Below, piece by piece: positions 52,830-64,000 of a DNA stretch of 64,000 nucleotides. The notes under the pieces were generated by a model, which did no database searches, was not told where the DNA came from, and worked only from the letters and a program-made list of their open reading frames with translations. The DNA is from Antedon mediterranea. Taxonomy: Eukaryota > Animalia > Echinodermata. The position numbers and the translations under genes were made by a program. Every line of letters starts with the position of its first letter. The first letter of the stretch is position 1. The stretch covers positions 496,001 through 560,000 of the forward strand of contig NW_027306095.1 in assembly GCF_964355755.1 (NCBI RefSeq). The letters are read 5' to 3'.

Positions 52830-55800
52830 TGCGATTTGAAGCTATTTTGTGCACTTTGATGTTTTTGTGTGAAAAGTTTCATCGAAATTCACAAAATTGT
52901 CTAAAACGTCTCCAAATACAATATTAAGCAATTGTATGCACTTTGATGTTTTTGAGTGAAAAGTTTTTTTCGAAATGCACAAAATGGTCTAAAACGTCTC
53001 GAAATGCGATTTGGAGCTCTTTTGTGCACTTTGATGTTTTGTGTAAAAAGTTTGCTATTTTGTGCACTTTAATGTTTTGTGTGAAAAGTTTTATCGAAAT
53101 GCTCAAAATTGTCTAAAACGGTTTCAAATGTGATTTTAAGCACTTTGATATTTTTGTGTAATCAAGTTTTTTCGAAATGCACAACATGGTCTAAAACGTC
53201 TCCAAATGCGATTTGAAGCTATTTTGTGCACTTTGATGTTTTTTTGTGAAAAATTTCATCGAAATGCACAAAATGGTCTAAAACGTCTCTAAATGCGATT
53301 TGAAGTTATTTTGTGCACTTTGATGTTTTGTGTGAAAAGTTTTATCGAAATGCTCATAATGGTCTAAAACGGTTTCAAATGTGATTTTAAGCACTTTGAT
53401 ATTTTTGTGTAATCAAGTTTCATCGAAATGCACAAAATGGTCTAAAACGTCTGCAAATGCGATTTAAAGCTATTTTGTGCACTTTAATGTTTTGTGTGAA
53501 AAGTTTTATCGAAATTCTCAAAATGGTCTAAAACGGTTTCAAATGTGATTTTAAGCACTTTGATGTTTTTGTGTAATCAAGTTTCATCGAAATGCACAAA
53601 ATGGTTTAAAACGTCTGCAAATGCGATTTGAAGCTATTTTGTGCACTTTGATGTTTTTGTGTGAAAAGTTTCATCGAAATGCACAAAATTGTCTAAAACA
53701 TTTCCAAATACGATATTAAGCTATTGTATGCACTTTGATGTTTTTGAGTGAAAAGTTTTTTCGAAATGCACAAAATGGTCTAAAACGTCTCCAAATGCGA
53801 TTTGGAGCTCTTTTGTGCACTTTGATGTTTTGTGTAAAAAGTTTGCTATTTTGTGCACTTTAATGTTTTGTGTGAAAACTTTTATCGAAATGCTCAAAAT
53901 TGTCTAAAACGGTTTCAAATGTGATTTTAATCACTTTGATATTTTTGTGTAATCAAGTTTTTTCGAAATGCACAATATGGTCTAAAACGTCTCCAAATGC
54001 GATTTGAAGCTATTTTGTGCACTTTGATGTTTTTGTGTGAAAAGTTTCATCGAAATGCACAAAATGGTCTAAAACGTCTCTAAATGCGATTTGAAGCTAT
54101 TTTGTGCACTTTGATGTTTTTGTGTGAAAAGTTTCATCGAAATGCACAAAATGGTCTAAAACGTCTCTAAATGCGATTTGAAGCTATTTTGTGCACTTTG
54201 ATGTTTTTTTGTGAAAAGTTTCATCGAAATGCACAAAATGGTCTAAAACGTCTCTAAATGCGATTTGAAGCTATTTTGTGCACTTTGTCGTTTTTGTGTG
54301 AAAAGTTTCATCGAAATGCTCAAAATGGTCTAAAACGTCTCCAAATGCGATTTGAAGCAATTTTGTGCAATTTGATGTTTTTGTGTGAAAAGTTTCATCG
54401 AAATGCACAAAATGGTCTAAAACGTCTGCAAATGCAATTTGAAGCTATTTTGTGCACTTTGATGTTTTTTTGTGAAAAGTTTCATCGAAATGCACAAAAT
54501 TGTCTAAAACGTCTCTAAATGCGATTTGAAGCTATTTTGTGCACTTTGTCGTTTTTGTGTGAAAATTTCATCGAAATGCTCAAAATGGTCTAAAACGTCT
54601 CCAAATGCGATTTGAAGCAATTTTGTGCACTTTGATGTTTTTGTGTGAAAAGTTTCATCCAAATGCACAAAATGGTCTAAAACGTCTGCAAATGCGATTT
54701 GAAGCTATTTTGTGCACTTTGTCGTTTTTGTGTGAAAAGTTTTTTCGAAATGCACAAAATGGTCTAAAACGTCTCCAATTGCGATTTGAAGTTATTTTGT
54801 GCACTTTGATGTTTTGTGTGAAAAGTTTTATCGAAATGCTCAAAATGGTCTAAAACGGTTTCAAATGTGATTTTAAGCACTTTGATATTTTTGTGTAATC
54901 AAGTTTCATCGAAATGCACAAAATGGTCTAAAACGTCTGCAAATGCGATTTAAAGCTATTTTGTGCACTTTAATGTTTTGTGTGAAAAGTTTTATCGAAA
55001 TTCTCAAAATGGTCTAAAACGGTTTCAAATGTGATTTTAAGCACTTTGATGTTTTTGTGTAATCAAGTTTCATCGAAATGCACTAAAAGGTTTAAAACGT
55101 CTGCAAATGCGATTTGAAGCTATTTTGTGCACTTTGATGTTTTTGAGTGAAAAGTTTTTTCGAAATGCACAAAAGGGTCTAAAACGTCTCCCAATGCGAT
55201 TTGGAGCTCTTTTGTGCACTTTGATGTTTTGTGTAAAAAGTTTGCTATTTTGTGCACTTTAATGTTTTGTGTGAAAAGTTTTATCGAAATGCTCAAAAAT
55301 TGTCTAAAACGGTTTCAAATGTGATTTTAAGCACTTTGATATTTTTGTGTAATCAAGTTTTTTCGAAATGCACAACATGGTCTAAAACGTCTCCAAATGC
55401 GATTTGAAGCTATTTTGTGCACTTTGATGTTTTTGTGTGAAAAGTTTCATCGAAATACACAAAATGGTCTAAAACGTCTCTAAATGCGATTTGAAGCTAT
55501 TTTGTGAACTTTGATGTTTTTGTGTGAAAAGTTTCATCGAAATGCACAAAATGGTCTAAAACGTCTCTAAATGCGATTTGAAGCTATTTTGTGCACTTTG
55601 ATGTTTTTGTGTGAAAAGTTTCATCGAAATGCACAAAATTGTCTAAAACGTCTCCAAATACGATATTAAGCTATTGTATGCACTTTGTTGTTTTTGAGTG
55701 AAAAGTTTTTTCGAAATGCACAAAATTGTCTAAAACGTCTCCAAATGCGATTTGGAGCTCTTTTGTGCACTTTGATGTTTTGTGTAAAAAGTTTGCTATT

Positions 55801-58800
55801 TTGTGCACTTTAATGTTTTGTGTGAAAAGTTTTATCGAAATGCTCAAAATTGTCTAAAACGGTTTCAAATGTGATTTTAAGCACTTTGATATTTTTGTGT
55901 AATCAAGTTTTTTCGAAATGCACAACATGGTCTAAAACGTCTCCAAATGCGATTTGAAGCTATTTTGTGCACTTTGATGTTTTTGTGTGAAAAGTTTCAT
56001 CGAAATGCACAAAATGGTCTAAAACGTCTCTAAATGCGATTTGAAGCTATTTTGTGCACTTTGTCGTTTTTGTGTGAAAAGTTTTTTCGAAATGCACAAA
56101 ATGGTCTAAAACGTCTCCAATTGCGATTTGAAGTTATTTTGTGCACTTTGATGTTTTGTGTGAAAAGTTTTATCGAAATGCTCAAAATGGTCTAAAACGG
56201 TTTCAAATGTGATTTTAAGCACTTTGATGTTTTTGTGTAATCAAGTTTCATCGAAATGCACAAAATGGTTTAAAACGTCTGCAAATGCGATTTGAAGCTA
56301 TTTTGTGCACTTTGATGTTTTTGTGTGAAAAGTTTCATCGAAATGCACAAAATTGTCTAAAACGTCTACAAATACGATATTAAGCTATTATATGCACTTT
56401 GATGTTTTTGAGTGAAAAGTTTTTTCGAAATGCACAAAATGTTCTAAAACGTCTCCAAATGCCATTTGGAGCTCTTTTGTGCACTTTAATTTTTTTTGTG
56501 TAAAAAGTTTGCTATTTTGTGCACTTTTAATGTTTTGTGTGAAAAGTTTTATCGAAATGCTCAAAATTGTCTAAAACGGTTTCAAATGTGATTTTAAGCA
56601 CTTTGATATTTTTGTGTAATCAAGTTTTTTCGAAATGCACAACATGGTCTAAAACGTCTCCAAATGCGATTTGAAGCTATTTTGTGCACTTTGATGTTTT
56701 TGTGTGAAAAGTTTCATCGAAATGCACAAAATGGTCTAAAACGTCTCTAAATGCGATTTGAAGCTATTTTGTGCACTTTGATGTTTTTGTGTGAAAAGTT
56801 TCATCGAAATGCACAAAATGGTCTAAAACGTCTCTAAATGCGATTTGAAGCTATTTTGTGCACTTTGTCGTTTTTGTGTGAAGAGTTTCATCGAAATGCT
56901 CAAAATGGTCTAAAACGTCTCCAAATGCGATTTGAAGCTATTTTGTGCACTTTGATGTTTTTTTCTGAAAAGTTTCATCGGAATGCACAAAATGGTCTAA
57001 AACGTCTCTAAATGCGATTTAAAGCTATTTTGTGCACTTTGATGTTTTTGTGTGAAAAGTTTCATCGAAATGCACAAAATGGTCTAAAACGTCTCTAAAT
57101 GCGATTTGAAGCTATTTTGTGCACTTTGATGTTTTTTTGTGAAAAGTTTTATCGAAATTCTCAAAATGGTCTAAAACGGTTTCAAATGTGATTTTAAGCA
57201 CTTTGATGTTTTTGTGTAATCAAGTTTCATCGAAATGCACTAAATGGTTTAAAACGTCTGCAAATGCGATTTGAAGCTATTTTGTGCACTTTTATGTTTT
57301 TGTGTGAAAAGTTTCATCGAAATGCACAAAATTGTCTAAAACGTCTCCAAATACGATATTAAACTATTGTATGCACTTTGATGTTTTTGAGTGAAAAGTT
57401 TTTTCGAAATGCACAAAATGGTCTAAAACGTCTCAAAATGCGATTTGGAGCTCTTTTGTGCACTTTGATGTTTTGTGTAAAAAGTTTGCTATTTTGTGCA
57501 CTTTAATGTTTTGTGTGAAAAGTTTTATCGAAATGCTCAAAATGGTCTAAAACGGTTTCAAATGTGATTTTAAGCACTTTGATATTTTTGTGTAATCAAG
57601 TTTCATCGAAATGCACAAAATGGTCTGAAACGTCTGCAAATGCGATTTAAAGCTATTTTGTGCACTTTGATGTTTTTGTGTGAAAAGTTTCATCGAAATG
57701 CACAAAATGGTCTAAAACGTCTCTAAATGCGATTTGAAGCTATTTTGTGCACTTTGATGTTTTTGTGTGAAAAGTTTCATCGAAATGCACAAAATGGTCT
57801 AAAACGTCTCTAAATGCGATTTGAAGCTATTTTGTGCACTTTGATGTTTTTGTCTGAAAAGTTTCATCGAAATGCTCAAAATGGTCTAAAACGTCTCCAA
57901 ATGCGATTTGAAGCTATTTTGTGCACTTTGATGTTTTTTTCTGAAAAGTTTCATCGAAATGCACAAAATGGTCTAAAACGTCTCTAAATGCGATTTGAAG
58001 CTATTTTGTGCACTTTGATGTTTTTGTGTGAAAAGTTTCATCGAAATGCACAAAATGGTCTAAAACGTCTCTAAATGCGATTTGAAGCTATTTTGTGCAC
58101 TTTGATGTTTTTTTGTGAAAAGTTTCATCGAAATGCACAAAATGGTCTAAAACGTCTCTAAATGCGATTTGAAGCTATTTTGTGCACTTTGTCGTTTTTG
58201 TGTGAAAAGTTTCATCGAAATGCTCAAAATGCTCTAAAACGTCTCCAAATGCGATTTGAAGCAATTTTGTGCACTTTGATGTTTTTGTGTGAAAAGTTTC
58301 ATCGAAATGCACAAAATGATCTAAAACGTCTGCAAATGCGATTTGAAGCTATTTTGTGCACTTTGATGTTTTTTTGTGAAAAGTTTCATCGAAAGGCACA
58401 AAATTGTCTAAAACGTCTCTAAATGCGATTTGAAGCTATTTTGTGCACTTTGTCGTTTTTGTGTGAAAAGTTTCATCGAAATGCTCAAAATGGTCTAAAA
58501 CGGTTTCAAATGTGATTTTGTGCACTTTGATGTTTTTGTGTAATCAAGTTTCATCGAAATGCACAAAATGGTTTAAAACGTCTGCAAATGCGATTTGAAG
58601 CTATTTTGTGCACTTTGATGTTTTGTGTAATCCAGTTTCATCGAAATGTACAAAATTGTCTAAAACCTCTCAAAATGCGATTTGAAGCTATTTTGTGCAC
58701 TTTGATGTTTTTGTGTGAAAAGTTTCATCGAAATGCACAAAATTGTCTAAAACGTCTCCAAATACGATATTAAGCTATTGTATGCACTTTGATGTTTTTG

Positions 58801-59120
58801 AGTGAAAAGTTTTTTCGAAATGCACAAAATGGTCTAAAATGTCTCCAAATGCGATTTGGAGCTCTTTTGTGCACTTTAATGTTTTGTGTAAAAAGTTTGC
58901 TATTTTGTGCACTTTAATGTTTTGTGTGAAAAGTTTTATCGAAATGCTGAAAATTGTCTAAAACGGTTTCAAATGTGATTTTAAGCACTTTTATATTTTT
59001 GTGTAATCAAGTTTTTTCGAAATGCACAACATGGTCTAAAACGTCTCCAAATGCGATTTGAAGCTATTTTGTGCACTTTGATGTTTTTGTGTGAAAAGTT
59101 TCATCGAAATGCACAAAATG

Positions 59121-60654
59121 GTCTCAAACGTCTTGAAATGCGAGTTGAAGCTATTTTGTGCACTTTGTCGTTTTTGTGTGAAAAGTATATTCGAAATGCT
59201 CAAAATGGTCTAAAACGTCTCCAAATGCGATTTGAAGCTATTTTGTGATTTTAAGAACTTTGATGTTTTTGTGTGAAAAAAGTTTCATCGAAATGCACAA
59301 AATGGTCTAAATGCGATTTGAAGCTATTTTGTGCACTTTGATGTTTTTTTGTGAAAAGTTTCATCGAAATGCACAAAATGGTCTAAAACGTCTCCAAATA
59401 CGATATTAAGCTATTGTATGTATGTTGATGTTTTTGTGTGAAAAGTTTTATCGAAATGCTCAAAATGGTCTAAAACGGTTTCAAATGTGATTTTAAGCAC
59501 TTTGATGTTTTTGTGTAATCAAGTTTCATCGAAATGCACAAAATGGTCTAAAACATCTGCAAATGCGATTTTAAGCTATTTTGTGCACTTTCATGTTTTG
59601 TGTGAAAAGTTTTATCGAAATGCTCAAAATGGTCTAAAACGGTTTCTAATGTGATTTTAAGCACTTTGATATTTTTGTGTAATCAAGTTTCATCGAAATG
59701 CACCAAATTGTCTAAAACGTCTGCAAATGCGATTTGAAGCTATTTTGTGCACTTTGATGTTTTTGTGTGAAAAGTTTCACCAAAATGCACAAAATGGTCT
59801 AAAACGTCTCCAAATATGATATTAAGCTATTGTATGCACTTTGTTGTTTTTATCTGAAAAGTTTTCACGAAATGCACAAAATGATCTAAAACGTCTCTAA
59901 ATGCGATTTGAAGTTATTTTGTGCACTTTAATGTTTTGTGTGAAAAGTTTTATCGAAATGCACAAAATGGTCTAAAACGTCTCCAAATGCGATTTGAAGC
60001 TATTTTGTGCACTTTGATGTTTTGTGTGAAAAGTTTCACCAAAATGCACAAAATGGTCTAAAACGTCTCCAAATCCGTTTTAAAGCTAATCTAAGCACTT
60101 TGATGTTGTTATGTTAAACAAGTTTTTTCGAAATGCACAAAATGGTCTAAAACGTCTCCAAATACGATTTGAAGCTATTTTGTGCACTTTGATGTTTTGT
60201 GTAATAAGTTTTATAGAAACGCACAAAATGGTCTAAAACGGTTTCAAATGTGATTTTAAGCACTTTGATATTTTTGTTTAACCAAGTTTCATCGAAATGC
60301 ACATAATGGTCTAAAACGTCTCCAAATGCGATTTGAAGCTGTTTTTGTGTGAAAAGTTTTTTCGAAATACACAAAATGGTCTAAAACGTCTCCAAATACG
60401 ATTTGGAACTCTTTTGTGCACTTTGATGTTTTGTGTCAAAAGTTTTATAGAAATGCCCGAAATGGTCTAAAACGGTTTCAAATGTGATTTTAAGCACTTT
60501 GATATTTTTGTGTAATCAAGTTTCATCGAAATGCACAAAATGGTCTAAAACGTGTTCAAATGCGATTTGAAGCTATTTTGTGATTTTAAGAACTTTGATA
60601 TTTTTGTGTAATCAAGTTTCATCGAATGCACAAACTGGTCTAAACCTCTCAAAA
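59121..60654 (+). repeat. Diverged cassette, copy 6 (subtype b)
   Basis: Diagnostic variants present, with aaatgatct, gcccgaaat and aatacgatttggaac. Confidence 0.9.
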
Positions 60655-63600
60655 TGCGATTTGAAGCTATTTTGTGCACTTTGATGTTTTTTTGTGAAAA
60701 GTTTCATCGAAATGCACAAAATGGTCTAAAACGTCTCTAAATGCGATTTGAAGTTATTTTGTGCACTTTGATGTTTTGTGTGAAAAGTTTTATCGAAATG
60801 CTCAAAATGGTCTAAAACGGTTTCAAATTTGATTTTAAGCACTTTGATATTTTTTTGTAATCAAGTTTCATCGAAATGCACAAAATGGTCTAAAACGTCT
60901 GCAAATGCGATTTAAAGCTATTTTGTGCACTTTAATGTTTTGTGTGAAAAGTTTTATCGAAATTCTCAAAATGGTCTAAAACGGTTTCAAATGTGATTTT
61001 AAGCACTTTGATGTTTTTGTGTAATCAAGTTTCATCGAAATGCACAAAATGGTTTAAAACGTCTGCAAATGCGATTTGAAGCTATTTTGTGCACTTTGAT
61101 GTTTTTGTGTGAAAAGTTTCATCGAAATGCACAAAATTGTCTAAAACGTTTCCAAATACGATATTAAGCTATTGCATGCACTTTGATGTTTTTGAGTGAA
61201 AAGTTTTTTCGAAATGCACAAAATGGTCTAAAACGTCTCCAAATGCGATTTGGAGCTCTTTTGTGCACTTTGATGTTTTGTGTAAAAAGTTTGCTATTTT
61301 GTGCACTTTAATGTTTTGTGTGAAAAGTTTTATCGAAATGCTCAAAATTGTCTAAAACGGTTTCAAATGTGATTTTAATCACTTTGATATTTTTGTGTAA
61401 TCAAGTTTTTTTCGAAATGCACAACATGGTCTAAAACGTCTCCAAATGCGATTTGAAGCTATTTTGTGCACTTTGATGTTTTTGTGTGAAAAGTTTCATC
61501 GAAATGCACAAAATGGTCTAAAACGTCTCTAAATGCGATTTGAAGCTATTTTGTGCACTTTGTCGTTTTTGTGTGAAAAGTTTCATCGAAATGCTCAAAA
61601 TGGTCTAAAACGTCTCCAAATGCGATTTGAAGCTATATTGTGCACTTTGTCGTTTTTGTGTGAAAAGTTTCATCGAAATGCTCAAAATGGTCTAAAACGT
61701 CTCTAAATGCGATTTGAAGCTATTTTGTGCACTTTGATGTTTTTTTGTGAAAAGTTTCATCGAAATGCACAAAATGGTCTAAAACGTCTCTAAATGCGAT
61801 TTGAAGCTATTTTGTGCACTTTGATGTTTTTGTGTGAAAAGTTTCATCGAAATGCACAAAATGGTCTAAAACGTCTCTAAATGCGATTTGAAGCTATTTT
61901 GTGCACTTTGATGTTTTTTTGTGAAAAGTTTCATCGAAATGCACAAAATGGTCTAAAACGTCTCTAAATGCGATTTGAAGCTATTTTGTGCACTTTGTCG
62001 TTTTTGTGTGAAAAGTTTCATCGAAATGCTCAAAATGGTCTAAAACGTCTCCAAATGCGATTTGAAGCAATTTTGTGCACTTTGATGTTTTTGTGTGAAA
62101 AGTTTCATCGAAATGCACAAAATGGTCTAAAACGTCTGCAAATGCGATTTGAAGCTATTTTGTGCACTTTGATGTTTTGTGTAATCCAGTTTCATCGAAA
62201 TGTACAAAATTGTCTAAAACGTCTCTAAATGCGATTTGAAGCTATTTTGTGCACTTTGTCGTTTTTGTGTGAAAAGTTTTTTCGAAATGCACAAAATGGT
62301 CTAAAACGTGTCCAAATGCGATTTGAAGTTATTTTGTGCACTTTGATGTTTTGTGTGAAAAGTTTTATCGAAATGCTCAAAATGGTCTAAAACGGTTTCA
62401 AATGTGATTTTAAGCACCTTGATATTTTTGTGTAATCAAGTTTCATCGAAATGCACAAAATGGTCCAAAACGTCTGCAAATGCGATTTGAAGCTATTTTG
62501 TGCACTTTGATGGTTTGGGTGAAAAGTTTCATCGAAATGCACAAAATGGTCAAAAATGTCTCCAAATGCGATTTGAAGCTATTTTGTGCACTTTGTTGTT
62601 TTGTGTGAAAAGTTTCATCGAAATGCACAAAATGGTCTAAAACGGTTTCAAATGTGATTTTAAGCACTTTGATATTTTTGTGTAATCAAGTTTTTTCGAA
62701 ATGCACAACATGGTCTAAAACGTCTCCAAATGCGATTTGAAGTTATTTTGTGCACTTTGATGTTTTTGTTTGAAAAGTTTCATCGAAATGCACAAAATGG
62801 TCTAAAACGTCTCTAAATGCGATTTGAACCTATTTTGTGCACTTTGATGTTTTTGTGTGAAAAGTTTCATCGAAATGCACAAAATAGTCTAAAACGTCTC
62901 TAAATGCGATTTGAAGCTATTTTGTGCACTTTGTCGTTTTTGTGTGAAAAGTTTCATCGAAATGCTCAAAATGGTCTAAAACGTCTCCAAATGCGATTTG
63001 AAGCTATTTTGTGCACTTCGATGTTTTTTTCTGAAAAGTTTCATCGAAATGCACAAAATGGTCTAAAACGTCTCTAAATGCGATTTGAAGCTATTTTGTG
63101 CACTTTGATGTTTTTGTGTGAAAAGTTTCATCGAAATGCACAAAATGGTCTTAAACGTCTCTAAATGCGATTTGAAGCTATTTTGTGCACTTTGTCGTTT
63201 TTGTGTGAAAAGTTTCATCGAAATGCTCAAAATGGTCTAAAACGTCTCCAAATGCGATTTGAAGCAATTTTGTGCACTTTGATGTTTTTGTGTGAAAAGT
63301 TTCATCGAAATGCACAAAATGGTCTAAAACGTCTGCAAATGCGATTTGAAGCTATTTTGTGCACTTTGATGTTTTTGTGTGAAAAGTTTCATCGAAATGC
63401 ACGAAATTGTCTAAAAAGTCTCCAAATGCGATTTGAAGCTATTTTGTGCACTTTGTCGTTTTTGTGTGAAAAGTTTCATCGAAATTCTCAAAATGGTCTA
63501 AAACGTCTCCAAATGCGATTTGAAGCAATTTTGTGCACTTTGATGTTTTTGTGTGAAAAGTTTTTTCGAAATGCACAAAATGGTCTAAAACGTCTCCAAA

Positions 63601-64000
63601 TGCGATTTGAAGCAATTTTGTGCACTTTGATGTTTTGTGTAATCCAGTTTCATCGAAATGTACAAAATTGTCTAAAACGTCTCTAAATGCGATTTGAAGC
63701 TATTTTGTGCACTTTGTCGTTTTTGTGTGAAAAGTTTCATCGAAAGGCACAAAATGGTCTAAAACGTCTCCAATTGCGATTTGAAGTTATTTTGTGCACT
63801 TTGATGTTTTGTGTGAAAAGTTTTATCGAAATGCTCAAAATGGTCTAAAACGGTTTCAAATGCGATTTTAAGCATTTTGATATTTTTGTGTAATCAAGTT
63901 TCATCGAAATGCACAAAATGGTCTAAAACGTCTGCAAATGCGATTTAAAGCTATTTTGTGCACTTTAATGTTTTGTGTGAAAAGTTTTATCGAAATTCTC

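Larger units (their letters stand above)
51009..63840 (+). repeat. Higher-order repeat unit 3, more diverged and mosaic (~12.83 kb)
   Basis: ORFs 47314/60147, 49134/61968 and 50331/63165 are offset by 12833-12834. The central part (~54300-58750) differs from units 1 and 2. Confidence 0.8.
12451..64000 (+). repeat. 87-bp satellite array, forward orientation domain (runs off the right edge of the window)
   Basis: Continuous copies of the consensus (e.g. 12601-12687) with 86, 78 and 38 bp variants. The MRFEAIL ORFs are all on the plus strand here. No non-satellite sequence seen. Confidence 0.98.

Noticed and set aside
585-62667. Opposite-strand ORFs (MSISIKLFTQ..., MCISKKLFTQ...)
   Set aside because: These are short alternative-frame readings of the same satellite, mostly with TTG/GTG starts, and recur only because the DNA is duplicated.
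136-63686. Repetitive ORFs of the MRFEAILCTLMFLCEKFHRNAQNGLKRLQ type (up to 173 aa at 11435-11956 and 63165-63686), some with stop-start TAAATG junctions
   Set aside because: 87 bp equals 29 codons, so ORF length only reflects runs of the CAA rather than TAA allele. The 86- and 38-bp units and other indels shift the frame freely, and there is no unique N- or C-terminus or recognisable domain.
1-64000. CRISPR array (palindromic repeats at regular spacing)
   Set aside because: The sequence between palindromic arms is as conserved as the arms. There are no unique spacers, leader or cas genes.
1-64000. CENP-B box, telomeric repeats, rRNA/5S/tRNA or spliced-leader arrays
   Set aside because: I saw no TTCG....A..CGGG motif, no TTAGGG/TTAGG-type tracts, and no recognisable structural RNA sequence or Pol III boxes.

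Overview
All 64 kb is one AT-rich tandem satellite array (consensus about 33% GC, roughly 750-800 units), most likely eukaryotic centromeric or heterochromatic DNA. I see no genes, RNA genes, transposon coding sequence, CRISPR array or unique insert. The basic monomer is 87 bp: ATGCGATTTGAAGCTATTTTGTGCACTTTGATGTTTTTGTGTGAAAAGTTTCATCGAAATGCACAAAATGGTCTAAAACGTCTC(T/C)AA. Fixed length variants of 86, 78 and 38 bp form ordered modules (a 164-bp dimer, a 704-bp nine-unit module, a diverged ~1.53-kb cassette), nested inside duplications up to a ~12.8-kb higher-order repeat. The array switches orientation once, at 12452. The junction lies in register at the monomer's GTGCAC palindrome with 5 bp missing, creating a giant inverted repeat. 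Each monomer is itself a degenerate palindrome built from 10-bp subrepeats, and the main deletion breakpoints follow that structure. All ORF-track ORFs are artefacts of the 87-bp (29-codon) period. I cannot name the organism or satellite family, and offsets and identities were read by eye or from ORF coordinates, not by alignment.
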